64,000 bases of DNA, from the NCBI RefSeq assembly GCF_009914755.1, contig NC_060944.1; one strand, written 5' to 3'. This stretch comes from the human T2T-CHM13v2.0 reference genome, Homo sapiens. How positions within the stretch are numbered: position 1 is the stretch's first letter; every line of letters begins with the position of its first letter. This document shows positions 40,549-55,748 of the stretch, one piece after another. A model generated the notes under the pieces. It ran no database searches and was not told the DNA's origin. It saw nothing but the letters and a program-made list of their open reading frames with translations. A program made the position numbers and the translations under genes.

Positions 40549-41150
40549 CAGGTTGAGCATCTCTAATTCGCAAATCTGAAATCCGAAATGCTCCCAAATC
40601 TGAAACTTTCTGAGTGCGGACCTGATGCCGTAAGTGAAAGCCCGCGGTTTTCTGTTGTCGCTGTTGTTTCACGGCTGAGCCCCCTATCTGCTGATATCGC
40701 TGTTCTGCTTGGTCGCCCTGAACTCCTTATTTTCCCACTGTATTAATGCTATGTCATACTTTTTACCATGGAGTACTTATGTGTGAGTAAGTGTGAGACA
40801 ATGATTGCTTATTGATAGCATATAAATTCAGAGTCAGGAATAAGGGTGATGCCAAACAACCACAGATTGTCCACGTGGGTAACTGAGATAGGTGTGGGAC
40901 GCCTTTCTTTCTGTTGGTGCGATGCACACAAAATTTGTTTCATGCACAAAATTATTAAAAATTATGTACAATTGCATTCAGGCTGTGTGTATAAGGTTTG
41001 TATGAAACATAAGTAAAGGTCATGTTCAGATTTGGGTCCCATCCCTAAGATATCTCATTGTGTATATGCAAATATTCCAAAATTTGGAAAATATAAAAAT
41101 CCAAAAGACTTCTGGTCCTAAGCATTTTGGATAAGGGATCCCTTAGACGG
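40549..41150. mobile_element. Tigger4/MER46 (Zombi) deletion derivative
   Basis: caggttgagcatc...tctgaaatccgaaatgctcc; other end cttctggtcctaagcattttggataagggat. Confidence 0.8.
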
Positions 41151-41484
41151 TACCCTGTGTCAATGTGGGATATACTATGTAGGAAAATGTATTCGTGGTT
41201 CAACCCCCAGTCGGCCTGAGGGAAAGTCGATTCCAGAAAGGCCAAGTGATGAAAGTTCTTCATCTTTGTGGACCTCATCTGGGCTCAAACACATATTACA
41301 GACCTCAGTGTCAAAGGAGCCCTGAAGTCCCTTCAACAAGGGTTGGCTGGGTGAGGACTGTGGCGGCCTGGAGGGTAGCTGCGACTCAGCCTCCACGGGG
41401 AACGCATCCCAGTCATGCCAAAAAGCCATCTTCCTCAAGAGAAGCCAGAGATCCAGATTTTGATAGAAACTCTCCCAATTTTTA

Positions 41485-42572
<1,088 letters not shown>

Positions 42573-43049
42573 TACAAAAGTGCTGGCCTAACAGAGCCCC
42601 TTGGTGGGTTAGAGTCAACCACTGGCCACGCTTTTTCCATTCCTTGATTCCAGAGGTTATCCTCAGTTATCCGGAAACTTCAGCCACCTGGAACACCGGT
42701 TCCTGCGCATGAGGCGGGACTGTCCCAGAAGGCAGAGTTTCCCCATGGGGCCCAGCAGTGACAGAGAAACACCCTGGAATGGGAGGTGAGGGGTGTTGCT
42801 GCTGACACTTGCCTTTTTGCTTTTTTGTAAAAATCAGCCATTAAATGTAGGCAGAGAAAGGCTCTGTAGGTAACTTCTAGCCCCAGACAAGAAGGAAGTG
42901 GAGTGGGTGAGCTGGTGGGAAAACAGTGGTGGGCAGAGGCCAGGTGAGGCCGTGCAGATCCTGGGTGGCCTGAGAGGAGGTTCAGCAGGACAAGCGCTGA
43001 CCTGAACGCTGGCTGGTTTTGCCCCTTCGCCCATCAGCCAGTGGCTTAG

Positions 43050-43595
43050 CAGCTACTGCATGTCAGGCACTGTGCTGGGTGGTGGGAGAATGTCACATGG
43101 GAGCGTCTTAGGAACATCCACACAGGGGAAGGAGCTGGAGAGAATCTGGGAAGACCTCTCCGGGGAGGTGACATTTCAGCTGAGACTTGAATGAAGTGAC
43201 ATCCGGGGCAGGGGATCTGCGTGGGGGACAGGAACTGCAAGTGCACAGGCTGTAGCGTGCCTGGCCCCAGAGAAAGAGGCTGCGGAGCTGCAGCCAAGGG
43301 GAAGAGGGAGACAGGGTCGGTTAGGAGGTCAGGGAAACCACGAGGGAGGTCCCAGACCAGGCAGGGCCTTGCGGGCTGTTGTGAGGACTTTGACTTTGCT
43401 CTAAAAGAGCTGGGAGCCATGCAAAGCTCTGAGCAGAGAGTCCTGACCTGACCTCGGTTCTAATAGTAGCCCTCCAGCCCAAGGGGAGAATGGGTTGGGG
43501 TAGGGGCGGAGCAGGGAGGCCAGGTGACTGCGGGAGGCCAGAGGGGAGCAGGGAACAATGGCTGGTCCAGGGTGGTGCAGGATGAGGTGGGAGAA
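43050..43595 (-). mobile_element. L2 fragment
   Basis: ggaggtgacatttcagctgagacttgaatga...gggagccatgc...gagcagaga. Confidence 0.75.
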
Positions 43596-43663
43596 GATAG
43601 TCGTTGTTTTCTCTCACTGCACAATGTACCTGCTGTGCAGAGATACAGGGCAGGTGAAACCGG

Positions 43664-44083
43664 AGATTCCACACATATATTAGACACACACACGCACACA
43701 CACATACACTCTCATATATGTCCTGTGTAGATATGGATCCTATGCACATATTTCACACACACTCATATATGTCCACATAGATGTAGATTCTATATGTATA
43801 TTATACACACACATATATATTCTACCTTCATATAGGTTCTACACATATATTACACACATTTATATTTTGCATACATATAGATTTGGCACATATATTAGAC
43901 ACACATTCGATATTCATATAGATTACCTATAGAATACCTACTTATTTGCATTCTATTTGTATGTGTGGATTCGAGACATATTATACACACACATATAGAC
44001 TGCATACATAGAGATTTGACACATGTACTATACACACACACTCATAGACTCTACATACACATAGATTTGTCACACATATTATA
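43664..44083. repeat. Degenerate CA/TA-rich minisatellite (~45-50 bp unit)
   Basis: Recurrent gatt...cacatatatta.acacac motif. Confidence 0.75.
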
Positions 44084-44614
44084 AACCAAGTTGACCCTGA
44101 GTTCTGGCAGCCAGGGTCTGTGAACTTGGCTCTTGGAAGGGGCTCAGCTCTGGAGTTAGGGAGTGCAGGATCTGCTGCTTAGAGCTGTGGGATTCAGGCT
44201 TTGCTTCTCTGAACCTCATTTTCCTCATCTTTAAAATGGGATGACAATACCTGCCTTGCAGGGTTGTTGGGAAGTCTTGGTGAGATCACCATTTATGCAA
44301 AGCAGCTGATCTGCTCGGGAAGACTATTTAATAGCAGTCATCACACTAATAACGAGGTGTGTTTTGGGGCCAAGCAAACCCCACGGAGCACCTTCCTGGA
44401 ACACAGGTGTGCACCACGCCTACACGCCCTCTCTCCTGCTCAGCCAGAATGGGAAAAGGAGTAGGCCTGGGGCCTCTGTTTGGGAAGGATGGACCAAGAA
44501 CTCCAATGGAAACCTATGAGTCAGCAACAGGCATAAAACAGTTAATGGGTGCGCCGCTTCAGCTACAGTAATGATGGGGAGATGGAAGCCTAGATAACAT
44601 CCAGAAGGCAGGTG

Positions 44615-45160
44615 GATTAGTCAGGGCTGTCTCAGTTGCAAGGAACAAAAATCCAACTAAAACCAGTTTAGGTGAAAGATAATTTATTGGGTCACATAAA
44701 AAAATTCCAGGGAGGCTTGCTTCAGGCATAGCTAGATCCAGGTGTTTGAATGATATTGTTTTCCACGTCTCTCTGGAAGACTGAGTTAATCAATATATAT
44801 GAAGCACCAACTACCACACCTAATGCTCAGTAAATACTAGCTATCATTTTATTACTACAACTGCTGCTGCTACTGCCACTGTGACTACGACTCCCACTGA
44901 TACTAATATGACCCTATCAGCCCAGCGACCCAGAGGGAAGCTCCAGCACTCTTTCTCAACCATTCCTATCAAAGCCCCCAGACTGGCTCTCATTGGCTGT
45001 GACTGGATCATGTGGCCATCTCTCACCCTGCCCCGTGGCCCATGGCCAGGTCCTCAGTCACAACGACATCCTTGAAGCTGGGGGTGGGTCAGCTTTGCTC
45101 AAACTCCATGGACTGAGAGTGATAGAGCGAGACTCCTTAATGGAATATCAGAAAGACAGA
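44615..45160 (-). mobile_element. MLT1 (K-like) fragments
   Basis: ttagtcagggctgtctcagttgcaaggaacaaaaatccaactaaaaccag. Confidence 0.65.
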
Positions 45161-48100
45161 GAGTGGAGACTGGCCAGGTCCAGCCATCCTTCATGTGGGC
45201 CCTGGCGGGGCCATCTCTGCTGCCTGCCTGTCCCCCACATGGAGGTTGGCTGTGCCTGTCCAGTCATCCTCTTACATGCTAGGTAGTCTCCCATCCTTCC
45301 CATCACTTGGGAGTCCTGAGGCCTAGAATTTTCCACAATGTTACTTTCATTGCACAAGAGGCCTCTGGAGTTGAACGGACTTAGGTTTGATACTCAGTTT
45401 CATTGCTTAGTTAGCTTCACCTCCCTGTGCCTCAGTTTCCCCCATTTGTGAAATGTGGATAATGATTCTCACTTCCTTAATTCAGCAGATATTTTATGGA
45501 ACACTATTTCTGGTACTTAGTGGCTACCACCTGCTTTAACACTTTCATTTTGACTCGCAACAACCCTGAGAGTTCAATATAACCATCCATTTTTACACAT
45601 GAGGAAACTGAGGCACAGAGAGGCACAGTCACTTGTCCAAGGTCCCCTACCAAGAAGGAGAGGCAGAGCTGGGATTTGAACCCAGGGGTGATCAAGCTCA
45701 ATGGCTGTCCATGTCGCCCGTGCTTCACCTGAGGAGGCTGGCGAGGTGTATCCTCTTTCACCTGCCTCAGTTTTCCTCATCTGTGAAACGGCCTCATGGC
45801 TTTGGAGCAAACAGAATGACAGATAAAAGGGACAAATGACACAGGGCTCTCCATTTGTTTAACAAGTACTTATTGAGAACCTACTGTGTGCAGGGCACCA
45901 AGCCAGGCTGTGGAGAAAACAGAAGCGGGTGACAGGATGGGAGAGGTTCCAGAAGCCGCTAGGAGGAGAAGGCAGTTGAGCTGTGACCTGGGGCAGGTGG
46001 ATGGGCCTCCCTGGGAAGATCTGGGTGTGGGAAGCGCCTGCCAGGCAGGGGGCACCTCAAGTGCAAAGGCCCTGAGGTGTGGACAGGTGAGAGAAGACCA
46101 GGACAAGCCCCGCTGTTGCCGTCGTCTGGAAACCAAGGCACAAAGAGAGGAGGGGACGGAGCCAAGGCCACGCAGCTGGCAGAGGTGGAGCTGGGATGTT
46201 AGGGGAGGAACAGAGGTCACGACCTCTGCAAGCTTCATCCCCCACCCCTCACCCCCAGCCAGAATCTTCCAGAGGGGTGGCCTCCCCTTCCTGAGCCACC
46301 CCAGCTGTTGCGGAGGCTGCTGCTGTCCTGGTTCCCTTGTTTAATTACAAACAACATTTTTCGCCCTCACTTAATTATGCAACAGACGCCCGTGGATCTG
46401 CCACCATCTGGCCCCACTTTCTGGCTTGAGACGACGAGTCGCAGTGACTTCGAGGGCTGAGAGGGGAGCAAGCGGGAGGCACCTCGGCCAGGAGGGCACC
46501 GAGCTTGGCATGGCCTCAGCTCTGTGATGTACCTGGCCACATCTCTGAGTCCTCATCTGCAGAATTGGGACAATTGAGGGCTGGCGCAAGGGTCTGTGAG
46601 ACAAGAGCTGCTTGGCAAAGAGGAGCCCTCAGCCCTAAAGGGGGCCTCGAGGGGCCAGGATGCCATCCCCGGGAGGCAGAGTTAGCCCCTCCTGTGTCTC
46701 AAAAGTAGAGTAGAGAGGGTTCAATTCCACCTTCCGGCAAGCTGCGTGGGCAGCAGAGTTCCCATTCCGCAGATGGGAAGAATGAGGCTCCAAGAGGCTC
46801 AGGGACTTGCCTGAGGCCCTGGCATCTGAGTGTGGGAGTGGGTTCATGGCTCCAAAGTCCTCCATTTCCACATGAGTGTCTTGCAAACTGCAATTTTTCT
46901 TGGGCTGTCAGTTATGAGGGGAACAGCCCTCCCCTGGTTTATCCCCCGGGAGCTTGGTGTGGGGCTCTGTGTGTGGCCCTGCGTCAGCTATGAAGTCCTG
47001 GTTGATTTGAAGCCAAAACTGGCCCTTCCAGCTGGGGAGGGGAGCAAGTGTGAATTATTTTCAATGCCCTAATTAATAATAATAGTAATATTCACTGACA
47101 ATTACTAAATACTGACTATGCACCAGGTACTTTCCATGAATTATCTCATTTTCAAATGATCACCAGCCTTCTGAGGGAGGCGCTGCTGTGCCCACCCCAC
47201 CGGTGAGGAGCCCAAGGCACTGAACACGGGGTTGCGTAGGTAGGATTCGAACCCAGGCCCTGCAGACAGCAGAGACTGGCGCTGCTGAGAGTCGACTGTG
47301 GAACACGGGGCTTTTTCTGGCTCTGTCCTTTTCTGGCCTTTCTTTAAGAGGCAGCACCAGCAGCTGGATTCCACTTTGAGTTGCAGTGTGTCCTGGGGTT
47401 GGAACTCTGGGAAAATCCCAACAGCAAGCATCCCGGGCTGCCTCCTGCAGGTGCATGGGTTGAAGACATCTATGCAGAGGCTGGAGTTGTCCAGGAAGGG
47501 GTGGGAGGCATAGATATCAGGGCCTTCGGCCCCCCAGGAGCCATGAGGTGCAAAGAGATGCCTGCAAGGCCCCTTGCCTAGGCTGCCTCGCCAGCTAGAA
47601 GCTTCTGAGCCACTCTCCAGTCCTCTGCTTATCATTCCCATCAAACTCATGAGCTGGGCCTGGCGGACACACCCCCTCAACACCTCACTCCAGCTCCTGG
47701 CCTGACCTGGCCCCAGCCTCGCCTCCTCCTCATCTCCCTGCACCGCCCTCACCCCTAGGATCCATTCTCCACACAGGATTAGGGGGAGCCTGCTAGGACC
47801 CAAGGCTGACAGTGCCCCTCCCTTGGTGAAACACTTTTGAGGGCTCCCCACTGCTCTTGGACTAACCCCCTAAGTCTTGTTGCAGCCTCCGTGGCCTTGC
47901 ATGGTGTCTCTCAGTAATCTCTGCACTTGCCGGCCTCCCCTCTGTCTCCAGAACCTACTCAGACAGTTTCCACCTCAGGACCTTTGCATTCTCTGTGCCC
48001 TTTGCCTCGACTTCTCTGCCACTGGATCATACAGCCGTATCATCCTAGTCCACACTGTGGCCAGAGCAAGCTTCCTGAACCCTGCATCTCAGCAGGTCCT

Positions 48101-48237
48101 CTGCTGCCTAAGTCTTCTCTTGGGCTGAACACCCCATCCCCAAATCCAAAGCCCTGGATGGGGCTGAGGCTGCCTGCGCCCCCTCCAGCCTCCTCTCCTG
48201 AGCTTCTTTTAGTGCCCCCAAAGGCCTGCCTTTGTGC

Positions 48238-48428
48238 CAGGGTTTCTCAGCCTCGGGCTGGACCATTCTCCATTGCAGGGCTGTCCTGTGCTCTGAAGGA
48301 CACTAAGCAGCGTCCAAGGCCTTGGTCCACTGGATGCCAGCAGCACCTTCCCCAGTTGTGAAAACTAACATCTCCAGACCACCAAATGTTCCCGGGGAGA
48401 ACAAAATCACCGCAGTCGGGACCCCCTG
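48238..48428 (-). mobile_element. MER20
   Basis: cagggtttctcagcctcgg...gggctgtcctgtgc...ccactggatgccagcagcacc...aaaatcacc. Confidence 0.8.
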
Positions 48429-49081
48429 GGCGAGGCTTTTGTCCCTGCTGTGCTCTCTTTTGGGGACACTCCCCACCAGCCCTCTGCACCCACCCTGCTC
48501 AGCCCTCTGTGTATTTCACAACCCTTAGATGCCACCTGCGAGGAACCTTCCCAGCCCAGGCAGGTCAGGAGGCTTCTGGGTGCTCCCACAATGCCTTATA
48601 CTCATCATCGGAGACCTGATGATGCCATCTTGTAATTGTCAGGGGGCATGTTGGCCCACCCCTCACCCCGCCCCTGGGGATGTCAGCTCCACAAGGGCGG
48701 GCTCCATGTCTGCTCTGTCCTCCACCGCGTGACACGCACAAGCACCGAGCACAGGGCCTGGCGCGAAGGGGATGCTCAGTTCACATTTCACCATCTCTCC
48801 ACTTGTCTCTGCCTCTGTCCTCATTCATCACAAACACACCCCAAGTCCACACATGTGTGGGTGCCGCGAGTGCTGACAAGAATCAGACGTGGTTCCTGCC
48901 CTCAGCCCACTCACACTAGCGGGCAACACAACACAGTAGGGGAGCCACAGGGGACCTGGCAGCTCCAAAGAGGCATCTGATCCAAACTATGGGGAAGAAG
49001 GGAGGGTCAAGATGGGCTTCCTGGGGGAGGTGACGTCTGGATGACTGAAAGGATGAAAAGGAGGATCAGCAAAAATAGTGC

Positions 49082-49190
49082 CAGGATACGGGGTACCCAA
49101 CGTAGTGAATGTCCTAAATGCCACTGACTTGTTCACTTTAAAATGTTTAATCGCATGTCACATGAATTTCACCTCAATTATTACAAATAA
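49082..49190 (+). mobile_element. Very short L1MB 3' end with 11-bp TSD, within L2
   Basis: aaaaatagtgc at 49071 and 49191; aatgccactgacttgttcactttaaaatg. Confidence 0.8.
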
Positions 49191-51029
49191 AAAAATAGTG
49201 CAAATAGAGGGACTAGAATGTGTAAATGTCTGGTGGACAGAAACTGAAGGTCATTTCACTGGAGCTGCAGGTCAAAGGAGCAGATATTGGAAGTGGTGAT
49301 GAGACAGGAGAGCTGGCCAGGGGCCCTGTGGCCACAGAGAGGAGTCTGGGCTTTTTCTTGAGTGAGTGGGAGTCACAGAAGGTCGTAGGCAGAGGAAGGA
49401 ATGTGGAGAAGAGAGTGGGTGAGGCTGGAAGCAGGAAGAGCAGAGAAGGGGCGATGGCCACAGTCCACGGGTGAGAGGGAGGAGCCTGGCCCAGGGCTTG
49501 GCCAGGGAGGTGAGGAGATGTGGTTGGATATAGGAGATATTTAGGGCATAAACCCGACAGTTACGATGGTGTAGATGTGGAAGGTGAGAGGGGAGCATCA
49601 CGGACAATGTCCGTGTTGCCTCAGTCAGGAACCCATCCAGGACCTGCCCCCATGTCCCCCAAGAGCCTTCTATGCGGGGGCAGGTGCAGGGACCCAGCTC
49701 TGTGCTTCCCTCCTCAGGGGCTCTGCCTCCCCCAAGGCTCTGTAAGGGGTGGTCTTGGCACTCCCATGACCTTCTGTGTGACCTCTGGCTAATCTCTTGG
49801 CCTCTCTGGGCCTGTTTCTGGGGCATCTTTGTCTACTCTTCCGGGAGGAGTGAGAGGCACTCCGCCCAGGCAGAGGACCTTGAAGAACCTGTCCTGCAGG
49901 GTGAGGCCCTCACCCGCCCCTCCTGGGGTACTCAGCAGGTGAGGGGACACCTGGTGCACAGCCTGGGCAAGAGACCCAGCTCCACCACGCCCTGCACGGC
50001 TGACTGGCCTCTGCTCACCTGAGGGACGCTGGGGTCCAATCCTCCAATCCCAGGGGCTGTGCCCCCAGGCCCAGCCTGGGATTCTGAGCCTCACACTCTG
50101 GCCAGGCCTGGGGGATGAACACCCTCCGTCAGCAGCCTGGGGTCAAGGGCATGAGGGCTGGAGCCAGGGCCTTGGGGCAAATCCCAGCTCTGCCCCTTCC
50201 TGCTGAGCTGCCTTACGCAAGTGACTCAACCTCTCTGATGCCCAAAGAAAGAGATCTGTCATGGAGGCTACATCCCACACAAGTGGGGCTTTTCCACACG
50301 GGGTGGGTATGAGTCCCGGTTCACACACTGGCACTGTGGAGTTTCTTTGTGTTTTCACAAATGGAACTGATTTTCCATCTTGTGTCGTGGTTATGCCAGG
50401 CTGGAGGAGGCTTCATCTGACGGTGATTCCCACCCTCGCCACCACCCCACTCCACTTTTCCTGGGAAGGCTCTGGGTCCCCTGGCCTTTCATGAGGCCAA
50501 GGTGTTGGGGATAGGAATGAGGACAGAGGCACTGGTGTTGGGTGTCGTCTTCCCACCAGGCATTGCCTGACACAGGCTGGTCCCCCCCCTGAGGCCCTGC
50601 GTGGTTCTGTGCCTGCCCCTTCTCCATTGCCCCTGGTCCTGGGGGTCATTTGGCTGCTTCCTGGCTACTTCAAGGGCTGGTTGGAGGCTGCCTTTCCAGA
50701 ATCCTGGAAAAGCTGCTTCTACCTGAGGTTCTGGGCCTCACTGGGCTCAGCCCCAGGCTGGGGGCCACCCCTGACACCCCGTCTCTGTACCTATCCTGCG
50801 ACCCTGGCTCTGATTCTGGGTGGGGGAACCTTGCTCTCTGCAAGACGTGAGTTCTTCCTGCTCTTCTCAACTTTTGAAACTCAAAAGCCAGGAAGCCTCC
50901 TGGGATCCCCGTACTTGGTGTCCCCGCCCTTCCCGGAGGCACTGAGTACAGACTTACAGTGGGGAAGGACGGAAGGGAGAAAGGAAGAGAGCAGGGGCCT
51001 AGGTGGGTGCAGGGCAGGGAAGAGAGGCC

Positions 51030-51972
51030 AGTTCTGCAGCCTCCCCAGACAGTGGCCCTCGGGATCCCTTTACATTTTAAAAAACTGCTGAGAACCCCAA
51101 GGAGCTCTTCTTGCTTGTGTGGATTCTATCAGTCGATACTCACGTTAGAAATGAAAACTAAGAAATGTATAACATATTTATTTATTCACTCAAATGTAAT
51201 AATAAATCCATTACATGAACATAACATTTTTTATAATAAATACCTATGCATTTTAAAATGGACAAATTTAATGAGAAAAGTGGCATTTGTTGGATTGTGG
51301 ATATTTCTGCATCTCTCTGTAACAGCTGGCCTCTGGGGGACAGCGGGTCCTCACACTTGCTTCTGCAGTGGATCTGCTGTGAGACTTTGTTTAGGATGAA
51401 GTACCTGAGAAAACCTGGCTTCCAAAGGCACATCGTTGGAAAAAGGGAGGATATTGTCACATTGTGAAATACATGTATATTGAGACGGAGTCTCACTCTG
51501 TCGCCCAGGCTGGAGTGCAGTGGCGTAATCTAGGCTCACTGCAGCCTCCGGCTCCTGGGTTCAAGTGATTCTCCTGCCTCAGCCTCCCGAGTAGCTGGGA
51601 TTACAGACATCTGCTGCCATGCCCGGCTAATTTTGGTATTTTTAGTAGAAATGGAGTTTCACCATGTTGGCCAGGCTGGTCTCTAACTCCCGACCTCAGG
51701 TGATTTGCCTGCCTCGGCCTCCCAGAGTGCTGGGATTACACGCATGAGCCACTACACCCAGCCATGAATAGTCTTTAATGCTACACAAAAACTAATCAGT
51801 GGTAATGTCTTAAATTCAGATGCAATGTGGAATCTAAACATCTATCAATGAACTTTTCAAACTCTTTACACTCATGTGAGAATGAGAGTAAACAGGGCAA
51901 ATAATCCTACGAACCCCTTAATGGGTCTTGGGGACCCCTAGGGATCTTCGGACCACACTTTTAGAACTGTTG
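51030..51972 (-). mobile_element. hAT-Charlie (Charlie1-like) element interrupted by an Alu
   Basis: gggtcttggggaccccctaggg...ggaccacacttt terminus; cctttacattttaaaaaa...gaaccccaaggagct. Confidence 0.65.
51480..51763 (-). mobile_element. AluSx-like, almost no poly(A) tail
   Basis: catgtatat directly abuts tgagacggagtc. Confidence 0.95.
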
Positions 51973-51979
51973 TGTTCTC

Positions 51980-52529
51980 TACAATGGACACGAACTCATC
52001 ATTTTTTATGGCTGCATAGTATTCCATGGTGTATATGTGCCACATTTTCTTAATCCAGTCTATCATTGTTGGACATTTGGGTTGGTTCCAAGTCTTCGCT
52101 ATTGTGAATAGTGCCGCAATAAACATACGTGTGCATGTGTCTTTATAGCAGCATGATTTATAATCCTTTGGGTATATACCCAGTAATGGGATTGCTGGGT
52201 CAAACGGTATTTCTAGGGACATGGATGAAGCTGGAAACCATCATTCTCAGCAAACTATCGCAAGGACAAAAAACCAAACACCGCATGTTCTCACTCATAG
52301 GTGGGAATTGAACAGTGAGAACACATGGACACAGGAAGGGGAACATCACACATCAGGCCTGTTGTGAGGTGGGGGGAGTGGGGAGGGATAGCATTTGGAG
52401 GTATACCTAATGTTAAATGATGAGTTACTGGGTGCAGCACACCAACATGGCACATGTATACATATGTAACTAACCTGCACGTTGTGCACATGTACCCTAA
52501 AACTTAAAGTACAATAATAAAAAAAAAAA
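51980..52529 (+). mobile_element. L1PA (PA4/5-like) 3' end with 5' inversion; 17-bp TSD
   Basis: agaactgttgtgttctc at 51963 and 52530; 51980-52216 antisense ORF2 end, 52214-52529 sense 3'UTR plus poly(A). Confidence 0.97.
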
Positions 52530-53704
52530 AGAACTGTTGTGTTCTCAAAGAGAAGTATCCCAGCAGTCAGAAAGCTGCTGGTTGACCCCCACCAGGGACA
52601 TACCAGGGTATGATGAAGAATGCAGGTTCAATTCCCATTTCTGCTGCTTCCTGGCTGTGTGTCTCTGGGGAGGTCACTGCTTCTCTAAGTCTCAATGTCT
52701 TCATTTCTAAAACGGTGATAAGAAGACCTACCTTACAGGCTTGTGGTCAGGACCCATGAAAAGCAGGATGTGAATGCAAAGCCCTTGCTCATATGTGTTC
52801 CTTTCTGCCACAGGGCCTTTGCGCGGGCTGTTCCCTCCATCTGAAACCCCTTCCCTCCCGGTTTTGCCAAGGGAACTCCTTTCCCTTTAGCTCTTGGCTT
52901 AAGTGCTTCTTCCTCCAAGAAGCCTTCCCTGACTTCCCTGGAACGTCTGTTAGAAACCCCTAGAGCATGATCAAAGCTTTATATTTTTCAGGGTTATAGG
53001 TGATTATCTGTCTCCCACCAATCCCTAAGCCTGGGTTGACTTTTGCCCTCTGCCGTAGGAGCTTGTGTGGAATGAATGCTGTTGAAAGAATATTGGTGAT
53101 AAAGTGCCATCTTTGCTGATATCTTGGTTTTTCCATCCTTGGAATGAAAAAGCTGGGCTTTGACAAGGGGTCCCTCCCCAACCCCCACCTTCTCTGCCAG
53201 CAGCTGGACTGCACCAAGCAGGGGCAGGTGGAGGGGGGCTCATGCTCTGAAGCTGCAGGGGTTCTCTCGGGGGACCCAGCCCTGCCTGAGCCCCCTTTAT
53301 GTGGGGTACCCCGGAGGCCTCTGGGGTCATGCTCCCCATCTCGCAGCTCTTTCCTTTCTGCACATGGTACCTGCCCTGCCCTAGAGCAATCTCTCAAGCA
53401 TCCAGGCTGGCAGACGCCCTTCTCCCTCCCCTACTCTCCCTTCAGATGGGCTCAGTCAAGGATTTCTTCTCTGCAACCCCAAGCCGACTGTATCTCTGTG
53501 TCCCTGCCATCATGGCACATATCCCATACCCTCATCTTCCCCAACCAGGCAGCACGTTCCTCAAAGGCCAGGATTGTGTCTTCATCATCTTCGTCCCCCT
53601 GGGATCAGACAGTGGGCCTGGTGTCCAGTAAGTGTCCAATACATATTTGCTAAAATGACACGAATGCAGGACTCTGGGAGAGGTTCCTCTTATCGAAGGA
53701 GGTT

Positions 53705-54170
53705 GTACAAGTTAGCTTTGGGCTGCAAGGAATAGAAACTCAGCTCACACTGATTTAAAGCATAAAAGGCACTTACTGGCTTGTATTAATGAAAAGCCTA
53801 GTAGAAGGGTGAGCTTCAGGGTTGGTTTGATCAGAGCTTCAACTCTTTTCCTCTGCGATTTACCCAGTTCTGCTTCCGTGTGTTGTTTTTGTTTGTTTGT
53901 TTGTTTGTTTGTTTCCTCTGGCTGGTTTTCTTCACGGCGTTGAAACAAGCATGACTGTTCCAGGTCTCGTTCTGTCCAGATGAAGATCTCTTCGAGTGGC
54001 TACTTGGAATGCACTCCAGAGGCCCCTGACATTGATTCTTCTCTAGACTCAAACTAACCTAGTTACATGTCCGCCCTCGAACCAGCGGCTGCAGCCGAAG
54101 GTGAGATTTGGAAAATTAGCTTAGATTTGGTGTCAGGAAGGCGATCAGCTCCCCAAAAAGGGGGACCACA
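53705..54170 (-). mobile_element. MLT1 fragment
   Basis: ggctgcaaggaatagaaactcagctcacactgatttaaag. Confidence 0.6.
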
Positions 54171-54552
54171 CGAGAGAAGTGTGGCAATCCCCTCAAAATA
54201 CGAGTAGTTACCAAGAGAAGAGAAAGTGGGCAAGACCGTCAAAGCATCCACTCGAGGAGTTTAATTATATTCAAACCCATAGCAAAAAAAGAAGCTGTTT
54301 TTTGAGCAAAAACCAACCCAGGGAAAACTTTGCTAAACGTCCAGATATTTCACCAGAACCTTCTGTCAAACATAAGAAGATAACAGATTTCTGTACTCTC
54401 TGACTGAATTTTGCTGACCAAATCCAAAGTCAGTTCACAGAGCCACAGATGACTTTACTGAATTTTTTTAAAAATGTGTTTGTTTTTCCGATTATGATAA
54501 CAATACATGCTTGTTGTTAAAATATTTAAATAATGCAGAAAAGCATTTAAAA

Positions 54553-54771
54553 TAGTAGTTCTCAACCAAGGGTGGTTTTGTCCCCCAGGAGACATGTGGC
54601 AATATCTGGATACATTTTTGGTTGTTAGGATAGGGGGTAGGGGTTAGCTCCTGGCATCTAGTGGGGAGAGGCCAGGGATGCCACTAGACATCCCACAGCG
54701 CCCAGGACAGTCCCCCGCAATGAAAATTATCTGACCCAAAATGTCAATAGTGTCAAGGTTGAGAAACCCTG
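54553..54771 (+). mobile_element. MER20, full length, 7/8 TSD
   Basis: tagtagttctcaacc...gttgagaaaccctg; atttaaaa / atttaaag flanks. Confidence 0.92.
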
Positions 54772-54915
54772 ATTTAAAGGAATGTAAAAATTACCCCAAA
54801 TCCTACTGTCCAGAAATAAACACTGCCGACATTTTGGCAAACATCATTTAGAATACTCTTTTTAATATATGCCCATTGCACACACAACTTAATACAAATG
54901 AGATTATGCACATGA

Positions 54916-55260
<345 letters not shown>

Positions 55261-55748
55261 CTCTATATTGCCATTTTAATGAGTATTTTTAATACAGCTT
55301 AACACAATGTTTTATATTTATTTAATGCAATTTCATAAATTTTTAATACAGCATTTCATTATATGAGGACTATTGTTTGCTTAATGAATCTTCTGTAATT
55401 TGGCATTTCAGAATTTTTTCCCCCAATTTTTCACTATTATAAACAATGCTGCAATGAACGACCTTCCCCGTAGAGACTACTTGGCCTATTAGAATAAATG
55501 CCCCCAAGTTAAATTTCCAGGTTGCTTTAAAATTTCTGCCCAGTGAACAGCATGGTGCTTGTTGCCATTCTGCTCCCAGAGACCCTTGTAGAGTCCGTTC
55601 GGGACAGTATGAGAATCCCCATTATCCCATACTCTGCAACACTGAGAGTTGCCAATCTTTTTTGTCTTTTCTAATCTGATAGGCAGAAAATGACATATCA
55701 TTGTAGCTTATCATTGATAACTGGTGGGGTGGAACTTGTCTTCATACT

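Noticed and set aside
47141-47851. 236-aa ORF
   Set aside because: Spans L2 and MIR remnants; non-ATG start; no domain
51938-52222. 94-aa ORF resembling a real protein
   Set aside because: L1 ORF2p C-terminus in the inverted part of the L1PA
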